Assembly: GCA_001643675.2 (NCBI GenBank)
Contig: LSRY02000001.1
Coordinates: forward strand, 1 to 64,000
Direction of reading: 5' to 3'
Length of the DNA: 64,000 nucleotides
Origin: Monocercomonoides exilis PA203
Taxonomy: Eukaryota; Protista; Preaxostyla
Part shown: positions 1 to 12,800 of the stretch, one piece after another
Position numbering within the stretch: the first letter of the stretch is position 1
Layout of the letters: every line of letters begins with the position of its first letter
Notes under the pieces: model-generated
Seen by the model: only the letters and a program-made list of their open reading frames with translations
Databases searched by the model: none
Told to the model about the DNA's origin: nothing
Translations under genes and position numbers: made by a program

Positions 1-3000
1 ACCCTTCTCGATCTCATCCCGCTCATCACCTTCTTCAAGGCCGGCCAGATCCACGCCTGCCTCCTCGGAACTGACTCGCGCCAGTGCGGCTCCACCTCAA
101 ACATGTGCAGAACCATCGACAACAGCATCCGCCACATCGACAGCGGCACTTGGAACATGGTCGTTGTCCACACCGATTCCGCCTTCGCCCGCCAGACAAC
201 ACTCGCCGACCTCACCCTCCGCTCAGCAACAAAGCTGATCTGCCTGGTCCATCTCCAGACTCCAATCCCAATCGAGCAAACCCACCACGCTGTCGTCGCT
301 TTTGCAAACGATTGCTCGCTCGACAGCTGCCACTTCTCCATCGGCTCCGGCTTTGCATCCGAGCTCGACTCTGTCTTTCGCCAGCTCAACGGCAGCTTGC
401 TCGTCGTTTCATGCACATTCACATCTGCCGGAACTGAAGCTCTCCTCAACTCCACACTCATCTCTGTGGCAAGCGGGGTGTTCGAGATGAGGAAAGCCGC
501 CCTCCATTCAATCGCCACAACTCGCAATCTCCTCCTCTTCTGCAGCTCAGCTGTTGCAGTGTGCACAGAAACAAACATCAGCAGCACTGCCACCAGCAAC
601 GCCGCGCTTGCCATCGAGCCAAGCACCACCATCGAAATCAGAGATCTCGCCATACACAACTCCACAGCAGATAATGCATTCATCGCGTGCGGCTGCCCCC
701 AAACCCCAGGCGCCCAGCCTTCTCCAGATGAACCTGCCTCTCTGCTGAAGCTGGTCGGGGTGGCTGTTGCCCATGCAACAACCAAGAGATGCGGCATTGA
801 CTGCACCTCGTGCACAGGAACCATCCTCCAGCACAACTGCTCTTTCACCAACTTCACTTCCACTTCCTCTTCCACTTCCTCTTCCACTTCCACACCCACA
901 TTTGCATCTGAATCTGAATCTGCATCTGCATCTGCAACAGGAACGATGGAGCACTTTGCTAATTGTGCAAACATCCAGATCGAAGCATGCATCTTCCAAG
1001 GCACAGGTACCGCTGCCTCATGCACATCCAGCACATCCAACACAGCCAACACAGCCAGAGAAGTTGCAGACAACGTGTGCACATGGAACGGGTCTCTTGT
1101 CCATTTCGCCGACTCATCAGTCGCAATCACAGATGCTGCATTCACCGCTGCGCCTCAGGGGCGCCCTCTCTTCTGCCGCGTCTGCTACATACGCAAGATC
1201 CTCTTCGCAAACAACACCCCATCCATCCCCAACTACCAGTCTGCCCGCCGCAACATCATCTGCTCAAATGCCTCCACCCTCCATCTCACAAGCATCGCCA
1301 GCGGAGACGGCCTCCTTCCAAACACTTCCCTCTGGATCCACACAACCGCATGCTCGCTCCACGGCATCCCTGCTCAAAGAGCATCCTCGTTCTTCATCCC
1401 CACACTCACCAGCGCTGCCATCACCCATCACAACAACACCCACATCCAGATCCGCTGCAACGGCTCCCTCCTTCTCCCTTGCAACCTCTCATACGCCCTC
1501 TTCTTCCTCCTCGGCGATCAACACGCTGTGGAGAAAGGCCTCTTCTCTCATGACGATTATGTGAGCGAGAACGAGATCGCCAGCACCATCCCAGCAAATG
1601 CAATAGCTGATGCATCTGACAAGGCAGATGTGTTGGTTGCGCTGCAGTTCGGCAACCCCTCCAGTCCGTCTTTCACCGATGCCATTGTTGTGAAGAACAA
1701 AAGTGAAAGTCAGGCAAATGGAGATGAAAAACTTGTTGAAGAGGGAAAAGAAGAAAAATCTTATTGGTTGTTGATTGTGATTGTGCTTGTTGCGATATTA
1801 TTTATCGTGTTAATTGGCTTTATTATTTTTGTTGTTCGATGGAGAAAGCAAAGAGAAGAACTGAAGAACTGGAAGAGATTGTGAATGACAACATCAAAAA
1901 GGATCCGAAGGCATTCGAGATGGTGACGATGGAGATGTCTCCCGAGGAGCAGTGGAGGAGGGCAGAGAGGGAGGCTGAGAAGAAGAATGAAGAGAGGTTC
2001 AAGAAGAGGGTGTATGAGAAAAGCTTGGGACACTCAGAGTCATCAGAACATCTTCTCTCCGAGAGTGGATCAACTGAGTACATCCTGGGAAAGGACTCAG
2101 ACAAGATTCCTGAATGGGTATTGGAGAAAGATGAGGAAGAGAAAATTCGAAAGCAGACTCCTTCACCATCCATTTCATCCACTTCAACCACAGGCACTTC
2201 AGACACAGAATCCACATTTGTTCGAGGGGAGGATCTGTGTCCAACCACCCTCATCGATGTCGAATCTCGTGGATGCAATGGCTTGTTCGTCACCGCATGA
2301 GAAGCTGATTGTGGATCTGAGGGATTCGCTGTTCATGCTGCTGCACGGAAAGAATGAGAAGAAAGAGATGGCGATTGGCACTCTGCGGGAGAGGGAGCAG
2401 ACAGCTGCCCAAATCCTGTTCTGGGTGGCTGGTGGGGCGCTCTTCTCCTTCGAAGACGGGGAGGACGATCTTCCCTCTCTGCCAAACCTCAGCCCCCACA
2501 TTGTGCTGTTTTCAGAACACATGGTCATCTGCATCGCCATGCACTCTGAATGTTCTTCTTCCGATTCAGATTCATCTTCGATTTCATCATCCACGATTGT
2601 CACATCTTCGTCTGATGGCTCAAGAAGGAGCAAGAGATACACACGCTCTCCCCCACCTTCGTCAGCGTTTGAGGATGATGAAGACAACAGAAACGAGTGT
2701 TTGCGATGGAAGGCACCAGAACTACAAATCAACAAGAAGATGGGGGCAAAAAAGGCTTCTGTTTCGTTTTCCATTGGGATGATGCTGTGGGAGTGTGTGA
2801 CGCTCCAGATCCCGTTTGGTGAGTACGAGGCCGAGACTGCCGGCCAGAAGATAGCAAATGGCGAAAAGCCAGATCTGGGCGCGGCAGGCTGCTCCGCCTT
2901 CGCCCAAACCATCAACGCCTGCCTATCCCAAAATCCAGATGCCCGCCCCAGCCCTGCCCAGCTCCAGCGCCAGTTCATCCAGCACTTTCCCGGTGGCGCT

Positions 3001-3123
3001 CCCAGCCTCACAGCTTCCGATGCCCTCTATTGTTACCACCCCTTGCACCTCAACTGCTCCTCCGATCAATCTGCCTCCTATTCCGCAACAACCTTCACCG
3101 AAGATCCCGCTGCCCCCTCCTGA
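1..3123 (+). CDS. 3' part (5'-truncated by the window) of a second copy of the surface receptor/TKL-like pseudokinase gene, with frameshifts at ~1850 and ~2249
   Basis: ORFs 103-1884, 1764-2300 and 1987-3123 join into ectodomain end, TM (WLLIVIVLVAILFIVLIGFIIFVVRWRK) and a kinase-like C-lobe (RWKAPE, FSIGMMLWEC, IPF, RP). Near-identical to the minus-strand copy. Confidence 0.85.
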
Positions 3124-4065
3124 TCCTTCTCCGAGCAGCTGAACATGCCCTGTCTTTTTCCATCCAGCTCTCCCCCAGCCCTTCCACATCCCAATGACTG
3201 GCTTGGAAGCTGGCAAGCGAAAAAGTCACATCTGCAGCTCAAATAAAGCGGAAATGACGCAGGCAAGATAGATGCTCACAAATGACGATAGCGCAGACTG
3301 CATCTCATTCTGTGCCTCTTGTCAAACGCAACAGTTGTTTTATTAATTTATTAATTGTTTGTCTTTTTTTTGGGAATACTTCCATATGTTTTCTGTTATC
3401 TGTTTTCCGTTTTCATTTTGCCAGCTCCGATTTTGTTGTTATTATGAGGACCAGGCTCGCCAAGCTGCGGCCGTGTAGCTTTTTGCATCCTTCCATTTTG
3501 TGTTTGTTTGTTTGTTTGTTTTGTACTCGCTTTGTATTCGGCGTTTTTCTTCATTCACAGATGTTGTGGTTTTCAAGCCATTTTCATCCCCATTTCATTG
3601 TCCTGTTCCCATCCATGTGCGCTCTTCACATCACTTCCGTTGGCGCTCTCTCTCTCTCTCTCTCTAAAATAAACAAATCAGGGCATTTGCACTTCCATGT
3701 GGTAAAAACACACAAACAGGTGCCAAAAAGAAAAAAAGCAAAAATTGTGTTTCTGCCACAATTCTCTGTCTTTCTGAGAAAAAGAAAAGCAAACGAATAA
3801 AATGCGAATTTTTCTATCAATAAAAACGATTGAGTGCACACCATTCTCTTCAGCCGAGAAAATGTCAAAGCGCTCGCTCAGCAAGAACACTCACTTTGTG
3901 TGCTTGCCCAGGAAGCAACACGAAAACGGAAACAGCACCAAACTCAATTTAGAAAGAGCCATGTTAGCCTTGCAACATAAAGAATAACAATATCACAAAC
4001 AGATGCATCGGATGATTCACAAATGAAAAGAAAAGAAAAAAGAAAAAAGCTTTAAAAAAATGAAT

Positions 4066-4091
4066 GAATAAATAAATAAATAAATAAATAA
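4066..4091 (+). repeat. (TAAA)n microsatellite, mirrored at ~5783-5807
   Basis: Direct reading. Confidence 0.9.
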
Positions 4092-5734
4092 AGAGGACAA
4101 AATCCAAATCACACATCTAACCAACACTCAAAAAGCACAGATAACCCCACAGACATTTCAAAAACCGGTTTGATGGATAATTAGCAACAACAAAAAACAA
4201 AAAAGCAACTGTCATAACAGAGCAAACCAGAAAAATCAATACACACATATTTGATAAATCAATAAAAAATAATTTTTGTTCTTCTGAAAATTCTCTTCAA
4301 AATGTTGAAATATTGCTTGTTTATATGCTTCATGAAACCAGAAAGTGGAAATATCATTCTCACAAAAAAGTGTTAAAAAAAGTTTAAAATGAAAACAAAC
4401 AGTTTCAGGCAAAATGGACAATCAACGAAGCCTCTTCAAATGTAGTGCTTCATTCGGTTACATCTTTCTCGGATGAATTTCAATCTGCAAAATCAATATT
4501 ATTTGGTGGGTTTATTTCACAAAAATCTGTAGCAGAAGGAGCATCCACTGCGTTCATGTGAAAACATTCCATCACAAAGCATTTAATGCAAAATTATAGT
4601 TTTTTTGCACCAATTATTTATCTTTCCAATGGCTTTTTCCTCGTGAAAGATCGATTTCATATGTTTCGCTTTTTTGCAACAAATTCAACAGATAAAATGA
4701 GTTGACAGTTTTCCATTTTCCCCATTTGGATTTTATCAGCAAAAGCGATGTAATTGCTCAATTCCTCGTGGGTTTTGATTTGTAATTTTATCGATTTGAA
4801 CGAATATCTTTCAACAAAGCTCATTTCATTTCTTCAATGAATAACTACTTTTTTGTCATTTAACTTGAACAACAAAATATGAACATTATTTATTGACTCA
4901 ACGTGAGTTAGTCGAAAGAATTTCTGATTCAATCTCAAAATTCCTTTTTTGTTTTTTTCATAAATGCTCCCATACTAAAAGCTGATTTTTCAACAAATGA
5001 AAAAACAGCAATATTCGAAGAGTCATTTGGAGATGCACAACAATAAATAAGAACCAATTGGCAAAAGCAAAAAGAAACAGGGAAAGGCGAAGAAAGCATG
5101 CTTTTGAAAAACCAGAAAAGGAGGTGAAGCACATTATTGAAATTGAGCAATGGCTTGAAACAAGCAGGACAAATCATTGGATAACGCTCCAATAAATGAA
5201 ACAATTAGTAATCTGAATAGCATCCAATGGAGTTATTCAAAAATTGAAGAACAAGGTGAAAATGATGAAAAACAAAGATGGATGAAAGAATGACTGAAAA
5301 GGCAAGACAAAAAGAAATTGAAAATTTTCCCAGTGATTTTCACACACCCTCATTAAATGTGTGAGTGCTTAAAGGAGAGAGGAAAAAGAAGTTGATTGAA
5401 GAAAAACAAAGAAGAAATTTCAGAAGCAAAAAGGTGAAGCGGGAAAGGAAATGGAAGGAGCGACTGGAAATAAAGATACTACGAAAAGATAACTGAGTAG
5501 AATTAGATGGAACCAAAAACAATATTGATTCACTTTTTAAGATTCAATTTGCATATCATTAATTCATTTTGCAAACAAGGAGCGAAAAGAAAAGGTTAAA
5601 GAATCAATAAATACATCAACAACAACGAATTATTTGTTTTTTCTGGATTGTTCTGTTGTAGCAATTGCTTGCTTTACTTTTATTGTTGTTGATTGATCAA
5701 GTGCTTTTGTTTTTGAAATGTCAGTGAAAGTATT

Positions 5735-8700
5735 TGTGCTTTTTGAGTGTTGGTTAGATGTGTGATTTGGATTTTGTCCTCTTTATTTATTTATTTATTT
5801 ATTTATTCATTCATTTTTTTAAAGCTTTTTCTTTTTCTTTTCTTTTCATTTGTGAATCATCCGATGCATCTGTTTGTGATATTGTTATTCTTTATGTTGC
5901 AAGGCTAACATGGCTCTTTCTAAATTGAGTTTGGTGCTGTTTCCGTTTTCGTGTTGCTTCCTGGGCAAGCACACAAAGTGAGTGTTCTTGCTGAGCGAGC
6001 GCTTTGACATTTTCTCGGCTGAAGAGAATGGTGTGCACTCAATCGTTTTTATTGATAGAAAAATTCGCATTTTATTCGTTTGCTTTTCTTTTTCTCAGAA
6101 AGACAGAGAATTGTGGCAGAAACACAATTTTTGCTTTTTTCTTTTTGGCACCTGTTTGTGTGTTTTTACCACATGGAAGTGCAAATGCCCTGATTTGTTT
6201 ATTTTAGAGAGAGAGAGAGAGAGAGAGCGCCAACGGAAGTGATGTGAAGAGCGCACATGGATGGGAACAGGACAATGAAATGGGGATGAAAATGGCTTGA
6301 AAACCACAACATCTGTGAATGAAGAAAAACGCCGAATACAAAGCGAGTACAAAACAAACAAACAAACAAACACAAAATGGAAGGATGCAAAAAGCTACAC
6401 GGCCGCAGCTTGGCGAGCCTGGTCCTCATAATAACAACAAAATCGGAGCTGGCAAAATGAAAACGGAAAACAGATAACAGAAAACATATGGAAGTATTCC
6501 CAAAAAAAAGACAAACAATTAATAAATTAATAAAACAACTGTTGCGTTTGACAAGAGGCACAGAATGAGATGCAGTCTGCGCTATCGTCATTTGTGAGCA
6601 TCTATCTTGCCTGCGTCATTTCCGCTTTATTTGAGCTGCAGATGTGACTTTTTCGCTTGCCAGCTTCCAAGCCAGTCATTGGGATGTGGAAGGGCTGGGG
6701 GAGAGCTGGATGGAAAAAGACAGGGCATGTTCAGCTGCTCGGAGAAGGATCAGGAGGGGGCAGCGGGATCTTCGGTGAAGGTTGTTGCGGAATAGGAGGC
6801 AGATTGATCGGAGGAGCAGTTGAGGTGCAAGGGGTGGTAACAATAGAGGGCATCGGAAGCTGTGAGGCTGGGAGCGCCACCGGGAAAGTGCTGGATGAAC
6901 TGGCGCTGGAGCTGGGCAGGGCTGGGGCGGGCATCTGGATTTTGGGATAGGCAGGCGTTGATGGTTTGGGCGAAGGCGGAGCAGCCTGCCGCGCCCAGAT
7001 CTGGCTTTTCGCCATTTGCTATCTTCTGGCCGGCAGTCTCGGCCTCGTACTCACCAAACGGGATCTGGAGCGTCACACACTCCCACAGCATCATCCCAAT
7101 GGAAAACGAAACAGAAGCCTTTTTGCCCCCATCTTCTTGTTGATTTGTAGTTCTGGTGCCTTCCATCGCAAACACTCGTTTCTGTTGTCTTCATCATCCT
7201 CAAACGCTGACGAAGGTGGGGGAGAGCGTGTGTATCTCTTGCTCCTTCTTGAGCCATCAGACGAAGATGTGACAATCGTGGATGATGAAATCGAAGATGA
7301 ATCTGAATCGGAAGAAGAACATTCAGAGTGCATGGCGATGCAGATGACCATGTGTTCTGAAAACAGCACAATGTGGGGGCTGAGGTTTGGCAGAGAGGGA
7401 AGATCGTCCTCCCCGTCTTCGAAGGAGAAGAGCGCCCCACCAGCCACCCAGAACAGGATTTGGGCAGCTGTCTGCTCCCTCTCCCGCAGAGTGCCAATCG
7501 CCATCTCTTTCTTCTCATTCTTTCCGTGCAGCAGCATGAACAGCGAATCCCTCAGATCCACAATCAGCTTCTCATGCGGTGACGAACAAGCCATTGCATC
7601 CACGAGATTCGACATCGATGAGGGTGGTTGGACACAGATCCTCCCCTCGAACAAATGTGGATTCTGTGTCTGAAGTGCCTGTGGTTGAAGTGGATGAAAT
7701 GGATGGTGAAGGAGTCTGCTTTCGAATTTTCTCTTCCTCATCTTTCTCCAATACCCATTCAGGAATCTTGTCTGAGTCCTTTCCCAGGATGTACTCAGTT
7801 GATCCACTCTCGGAGAGAAGATGTTCTGATGACTCTGAGTGTCCCAAGCTTTTCTCATACACCCTCTTCTTGAACCTCTCTTCATTCTTCTTCTCAGCCT
7901 CCCTCTCTGCCCTCCTCCACTGCTCCTCGGGAGACATCTCCATCGTCACCATCTCGAATGCCTTCGGATCCTTTTTGATGTTGTCATTCACAATCTCTTC
8001 CAGTTCTTCAGTTCTTCTCTTTTGCTTTCTCCATCGAACAACAAAAATAATAAAGCCAATTAACACGATAAATAATATCGCAACAAGCACAATCACAATC
8101 AACAACCAATAAGATTTTTCTTCTTTTCCCTCTTCAACAAGTTTTTCATCTCCATTTGCCTGACTTTCACTTTTGTTCTTCACAACAATGGCATCGGTGA
8201 AAGACGGACTGGAGGGGTTGCCGAACTGCAGCGCAACCAACACATCTGCCTTGTCAGATGCATCAGCTATTGCATTTGCTGGGATGGTGCTGGCGATCTC
8301 GTTCTCGCTCACATAATCGTCATGAGAGAAGAGGCCTTTCTCCACAGCGTGTTGATCGCCGAGGAGGAAGAAGAGGGCGTATGAGAGGTTGCAAGGGAGA
8401 AGGAGGGAGCCGTTGCAGCGGATCTGGATGTGGGTGTTGTTGTGATGGGTGATGGCAGCGCTGGTGAGTGTGGGGATGAAGAACGAGGATGCTCTTTGAG
8501 CAGGGATGCCGTGGAGCGAGCATGCGGTTGTGTGGATCCAGAGGGAAGTGTTTGGAAGGAGGCCGTCTCCGCTGGCGATGCTTGTGAGATGGAGGGTGGA
8601 GGCATTTGAGCAGATGATGTTGCGGCGGGCAGACTGGTAGTTGGGGATGGATGGGGTGTTGTTTGCGAAGAGGATCTTGCGTATGTGCGCAGACGCGGCA

Positions 8701-9875
8701 GAAAGAGAGAGGGCGCCCTGAGGCGCAGCGGTGAATGCAGCATCTGTGATTGCGACTGATGAGTCGGCGAAATGGACAAGAGACCCGTTCCATGTGCACA
8801 CGTTGTCTGCAACTTCTCTGGCTGTGTTGGCTGTGTTGGATGTGCTGGATGTGCATGAGGCAGCGGTACCTGTGCCTTGGAAGATGCATGCTTCGATCTG
8901 GATGTTTGCACAATTAGCAAAGTGCTCCATCGTTCCTGTTGCAGATGCAGATGCAGATTCAGATTCAGATGCAAATGTGGGTGTGGAAGTGGAAGAGGAA
9001 GTGGAAGAGGAAGTGGAAGTGAAGTTGGTGAAAGAGCAGTTGTGCTGGAGGATGGTTCCTGTGCACGAGGTGCAGTCAATGCCGCATCTCTTGGTTGTTG
9101 CATGGGCAACAGCCACCCCGACCAGCTTCAGCAGAGAGGCAGGTTCATCTGGAGAAGGCTGGGCGCCTGGGGTTTGGGGGCAGCCGCACGCGATGAATGC
9201 ATTATCTGCTGTGGAGTTGTGTATGGCGAGATCTCTGATTTCGATGGTGGTGCTTGGCTCGATGGCAAGCGCGGCGTTGCTGGTGGCAGTGCTGCTGATG
9301 TTTGTTTCTGTGCACACTGCAACAGCTGAGCTGCAGAAGAGGAGGAGATTGCGAGTTGTGGCGATTGAATGGAGGGCGGCTTTCCTCATCTCGAACACCC
9401 CGCTTGCCACAGAGATGAGTGTGGAGTTGAGGAGAGCTTCAGTTCCGGCAGATGTGAATGTGCATGAAACGACGAGCAAGCTGCCGTTGAGCTGGCGAAA
9501 GACAGAGTCGAGCTCGGATGCAAAGCCGGAGCCGATGGAGAAGTGGCAGCTGTCGAGCGAGCAATCGTTTGCAAAAGCGACGACAGCGTGGTGGGTTTGC
9601 TCGATTGGGATTGGAGTCTGGAGATGGACCAGGCAGATCAGCTTTGTTGCTGAGCGGAGGGTGAGGTCGGCGAGTGTTGTCTGGCGGGCGAAGGCGGAAT
9701 CGGTGTGGACAACGACCATGTTCCAAGTGCCGCTGTCGATGTGGCGGATGCTGTTGTCGATGGTTCTGCACATGTTTGAGGTGGAGCCGCACTGGCGCGA
9801 GTCAGTTCCGAGGAGGCAGGCGTGGATCTGGCCGGCCTTGAAGAAGGTGATGAGCGGGATGAGATCGAGAAGGGT
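5735..9875. repeat. Right arm of the inverted duplication
   Basis: Reverse complement of 1-4139. Confidence 0.97.
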
Positions 9876-12800
9876 GCTGTCGGTGAATGTGGAGCCGCAG
9901 ATGGAGTTGTTTGTCTGGAGAGAGGGCTGGGTGAAGTCGAGTGTGAATTGGGTTTCGTTGATCTGTGTGGCGACGTGGTCGGACCGGATGAAGATGTCTT
10001 TGCCTGCAAAGGCGTCGTTCAAGATGAAGCGGTCGTTGAGGATGCGGAGCGGGATGGGGTGGAGGAGGTCATCAGGAGCTGGAGGTGAAGATTGAGAATA
10101 AGATTGAGAATGGGATTGGTGCAGGGATTGGGGCAGGGATTGGGGCTGGGTGCAGTCGATCATGAGAGCACCGCCTTTGCCCTTTGTGCGCGAGCACACA
10201 CACTGAGTGAGCACACACGAAGCCACTTTCAGAGAGGATTCGGTGGAGCTGAGGCACACACGCACCGCGCCTCCTTCGTCGATGGTTTCTCCCACGCAGT
10301 TTGTGCAGAAGCAGGAGTCGAGCACACAGTCGATGCTCTGATACGAAGGGAGGGCAAAGACAGTTGAGTGATTGGCGCGGGCAGTGATGTTTGTGAAGTT
10401 GGAGTCTGCGATTGTGAAGGTCAACTGGCTGTTTGTGGGGCTGTATGTCTGCTTGGATGCGTCTTCAGCGGGTGCAGCGACCTCGATTATCCCTGCTGGC
10501 GAGGCATCCACCATGCAGGCGGACAAGTTCTGCACAGCTGCTTGGGATGCGGTTGCAGCGACAAGGAAAAAGGGATGGGCGAGAGTGATTGCAGAGACGC
10601 AGCAGTTGGCGATGTCGGCTGATCCGGCAAGCACAGACACAACAGCATAGCTGGTTGGAGAGGAAGGGGCTGTGGATGCAAAGGAGCAGGCAGAGAGGGA
10701 GAGGCGGGCAGAAGATGTGGCGGTTTGGAGAAAAGAGAGGATGCTGTGAAGCGAGGGTGGAAGAGAGAAGGAGAGGTTGGCGAGGCGGAGGAGGATGGAG
10801 GAGGCGAGGAAGGCTTTGTTGCTGCCTTGAAGGGCTGGCTCGTGCACTGCGACTGGTGTGCCATGGAGGTTGCCATTTATTAGGAGTTGTGGATTGTGGT
10901 GTGTAGCAGAAGGCTGGAGGTGGAGGAGGATGGAGAAGGTGGTGCTGTGTGTGACTGTGATTGTGGAGGCAGAGGATGGAAGGTCGGGGACAAACCGGAG
11001 CTGGAGAGCCTTGCTGATGGATCTGCAAGGTGCGACGTCAAAGCCGCAAGCGCTGAAGTCCCATCCGTCAGCGCCGTCGACATAGGCATGGGCAGAGAAG
11101 TTGGTCCAGAGGTACACAACGAGCGGCACAGCATAGTGCTCGCCGCATGTTGCTCTTTCCCAGCCGTTGAGCTGGTGCAGCGACTGGAAGGCTGGCCCGT
11201 CCATGTCCCATTTCAGGTGGAGCGTGTCGGCCACGCTGTCCAGCATCTGTCCGGCAACAAACAGGCTTTTCCCTCTCCAGGCGCGGCACTCGTCGAAGGT
11301 CATGTTTTGGAGCACAAAATCCATCGAGCCTTCGCCTCCCTCGATGAACATTCCACCCCCAAGCCCTCTTTCTTCGGTGTCCTCGTTTTCTGCATCGATC
11401 TCGATCTCGGCATCAGTCTCATCATCGGCATCGGTATCCGCCTCGGGTGCGGAGCTCGGTGCTGAACACTGTGTGAATGTGACTCCAGTCATGGTGAGCT
11501 TCCTGCCGTTCTCCACAGATGCATACAGACCGCCGCCTTTGAGGGTGTGTGCGCGGATGCAGCAGGATGATATGGTGCAATTGGACAGGTGCATTGTTGT
11601 GCCTTGCTGGGTGTGCTTTTCCGCGATCAGGCACCCGCCGTCTCCATTTGCCCGTCTCGGCCGTGCTATTATGGTGCTGTTGATGGTGATGCTGTGTGCA
11701 CCCGATATCAGGATCGGGGTGAAGGTGCTGAACTCGGCGTGTGTGCTGATTTGTGTGTTGGTGATGGTTGCGCTTCCCGATGCAAGGCGCATGATGTAGA
11801 AGATGACTGGGTGGGATGGAGCACTGTGAAAGTCTATGCAGCAATGGTCGAGCGTGAAGGCTGCAAGCGAGTGGATGAAGCCGTGTCGGCCGGTGCTCAT
11901 GGCAGTGGGGAGCAAAAAGCAGATGCTGGATGCGCTCATCTCAGCGGAAGCAGTGACAATGGCTTTGTTTGAGCACTGGCCTGCATCATGCACGTGCACA
12001 GCCTGGAGATGTGCTGTTGCAGAGGAGAGCAGGAAGGGGAATGTTTCGATTGTGATCTCGGAAGCGAGTGTGGAGTTTGCAGCAAGAAGAATGGTGGTGG
12101 ATGCAGAGGTGATTCTGTTGGATGCTGCGAAGTGGACGGTCTCGCAGGCAAACACAGATGGGCCGCAGTGCAAATGATCTGTCCCGGCGAGTCCGTCGAC
12201 ATAGATGTTGTTGTCGTGGTGGCAGAGATATATCTCGAGCGGGATGACAGGCTGGTCTGCACCATCCTCAGAGCCGCTGAGTCTGGATGGATCGGCAAAG
12301 CACTGGGTGTGGTCGATAAACTGAAGTGTGGTTGTGTTCACGATATCAATCAGCAACACTCTGCTTGTGCATCTGAGAAAGAGGTCTCTTCCAACCGCTG
12401 CTCTGTTTGGTGTGGAATTGGAGAAGCACACGCCGCTGCTTATCTGGAGGAGTGCTTTGGCGTTGTCGATATGCACCATCATCCCTCCGCCCTTTCCGCC
12501 CTTTCCTCCCGTTCCTCCCGTTCCCTCTGTATCGGGCACACAGCAATCAGCGAAAGCAGCCGAGCCGTTCACAACCATCTCAGCATCCTTGTCTGTCAGG
12601 TGCACACACACCCCTCCGCCGCACGAGCCATCCTGGCAGGCGGTGCAGCTGGAGAAGGATCCACCAGTGATGCACACTTGCGATCCAGCGATGAGGGAGC
12701 ATTCGAGGCCGCTTCCGCTTCCACTTTGCCGGGTGATGGCTGTCAGGTTTGTGGAAGTGAGTGTGACGCTCAGTGCAGCCTCGGCATTCACAGTCAGGGC

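Larger units (their letters stand above)
1..4139. repeat. Left arm of a large near-perfect inverted duplication; partner 5735-9875; runs off the window edge
   Basis: Base 1 (acccttctcgatctc) pairs with 9875 and 4139 pairs with 5735. ORF translations mirror each other. Differences are a few small indels, mostly in homopolymers or microsatellites. Confidence 0.97.

Noticed and set aside
1155-1855. Arm-specific frameshifts as programmed variation (also ~7122)
   Set aside because: Mostly single-base homopolymer or microsatellite indels, typical of sequencing or assembly error.
3282-3987. Hydrophobic ORFs downstream of the receptor (mirrored at 5885-6591)
   Set aside because: T-rich 3' flank; the two arms differ in frame and no domain is recognisable.
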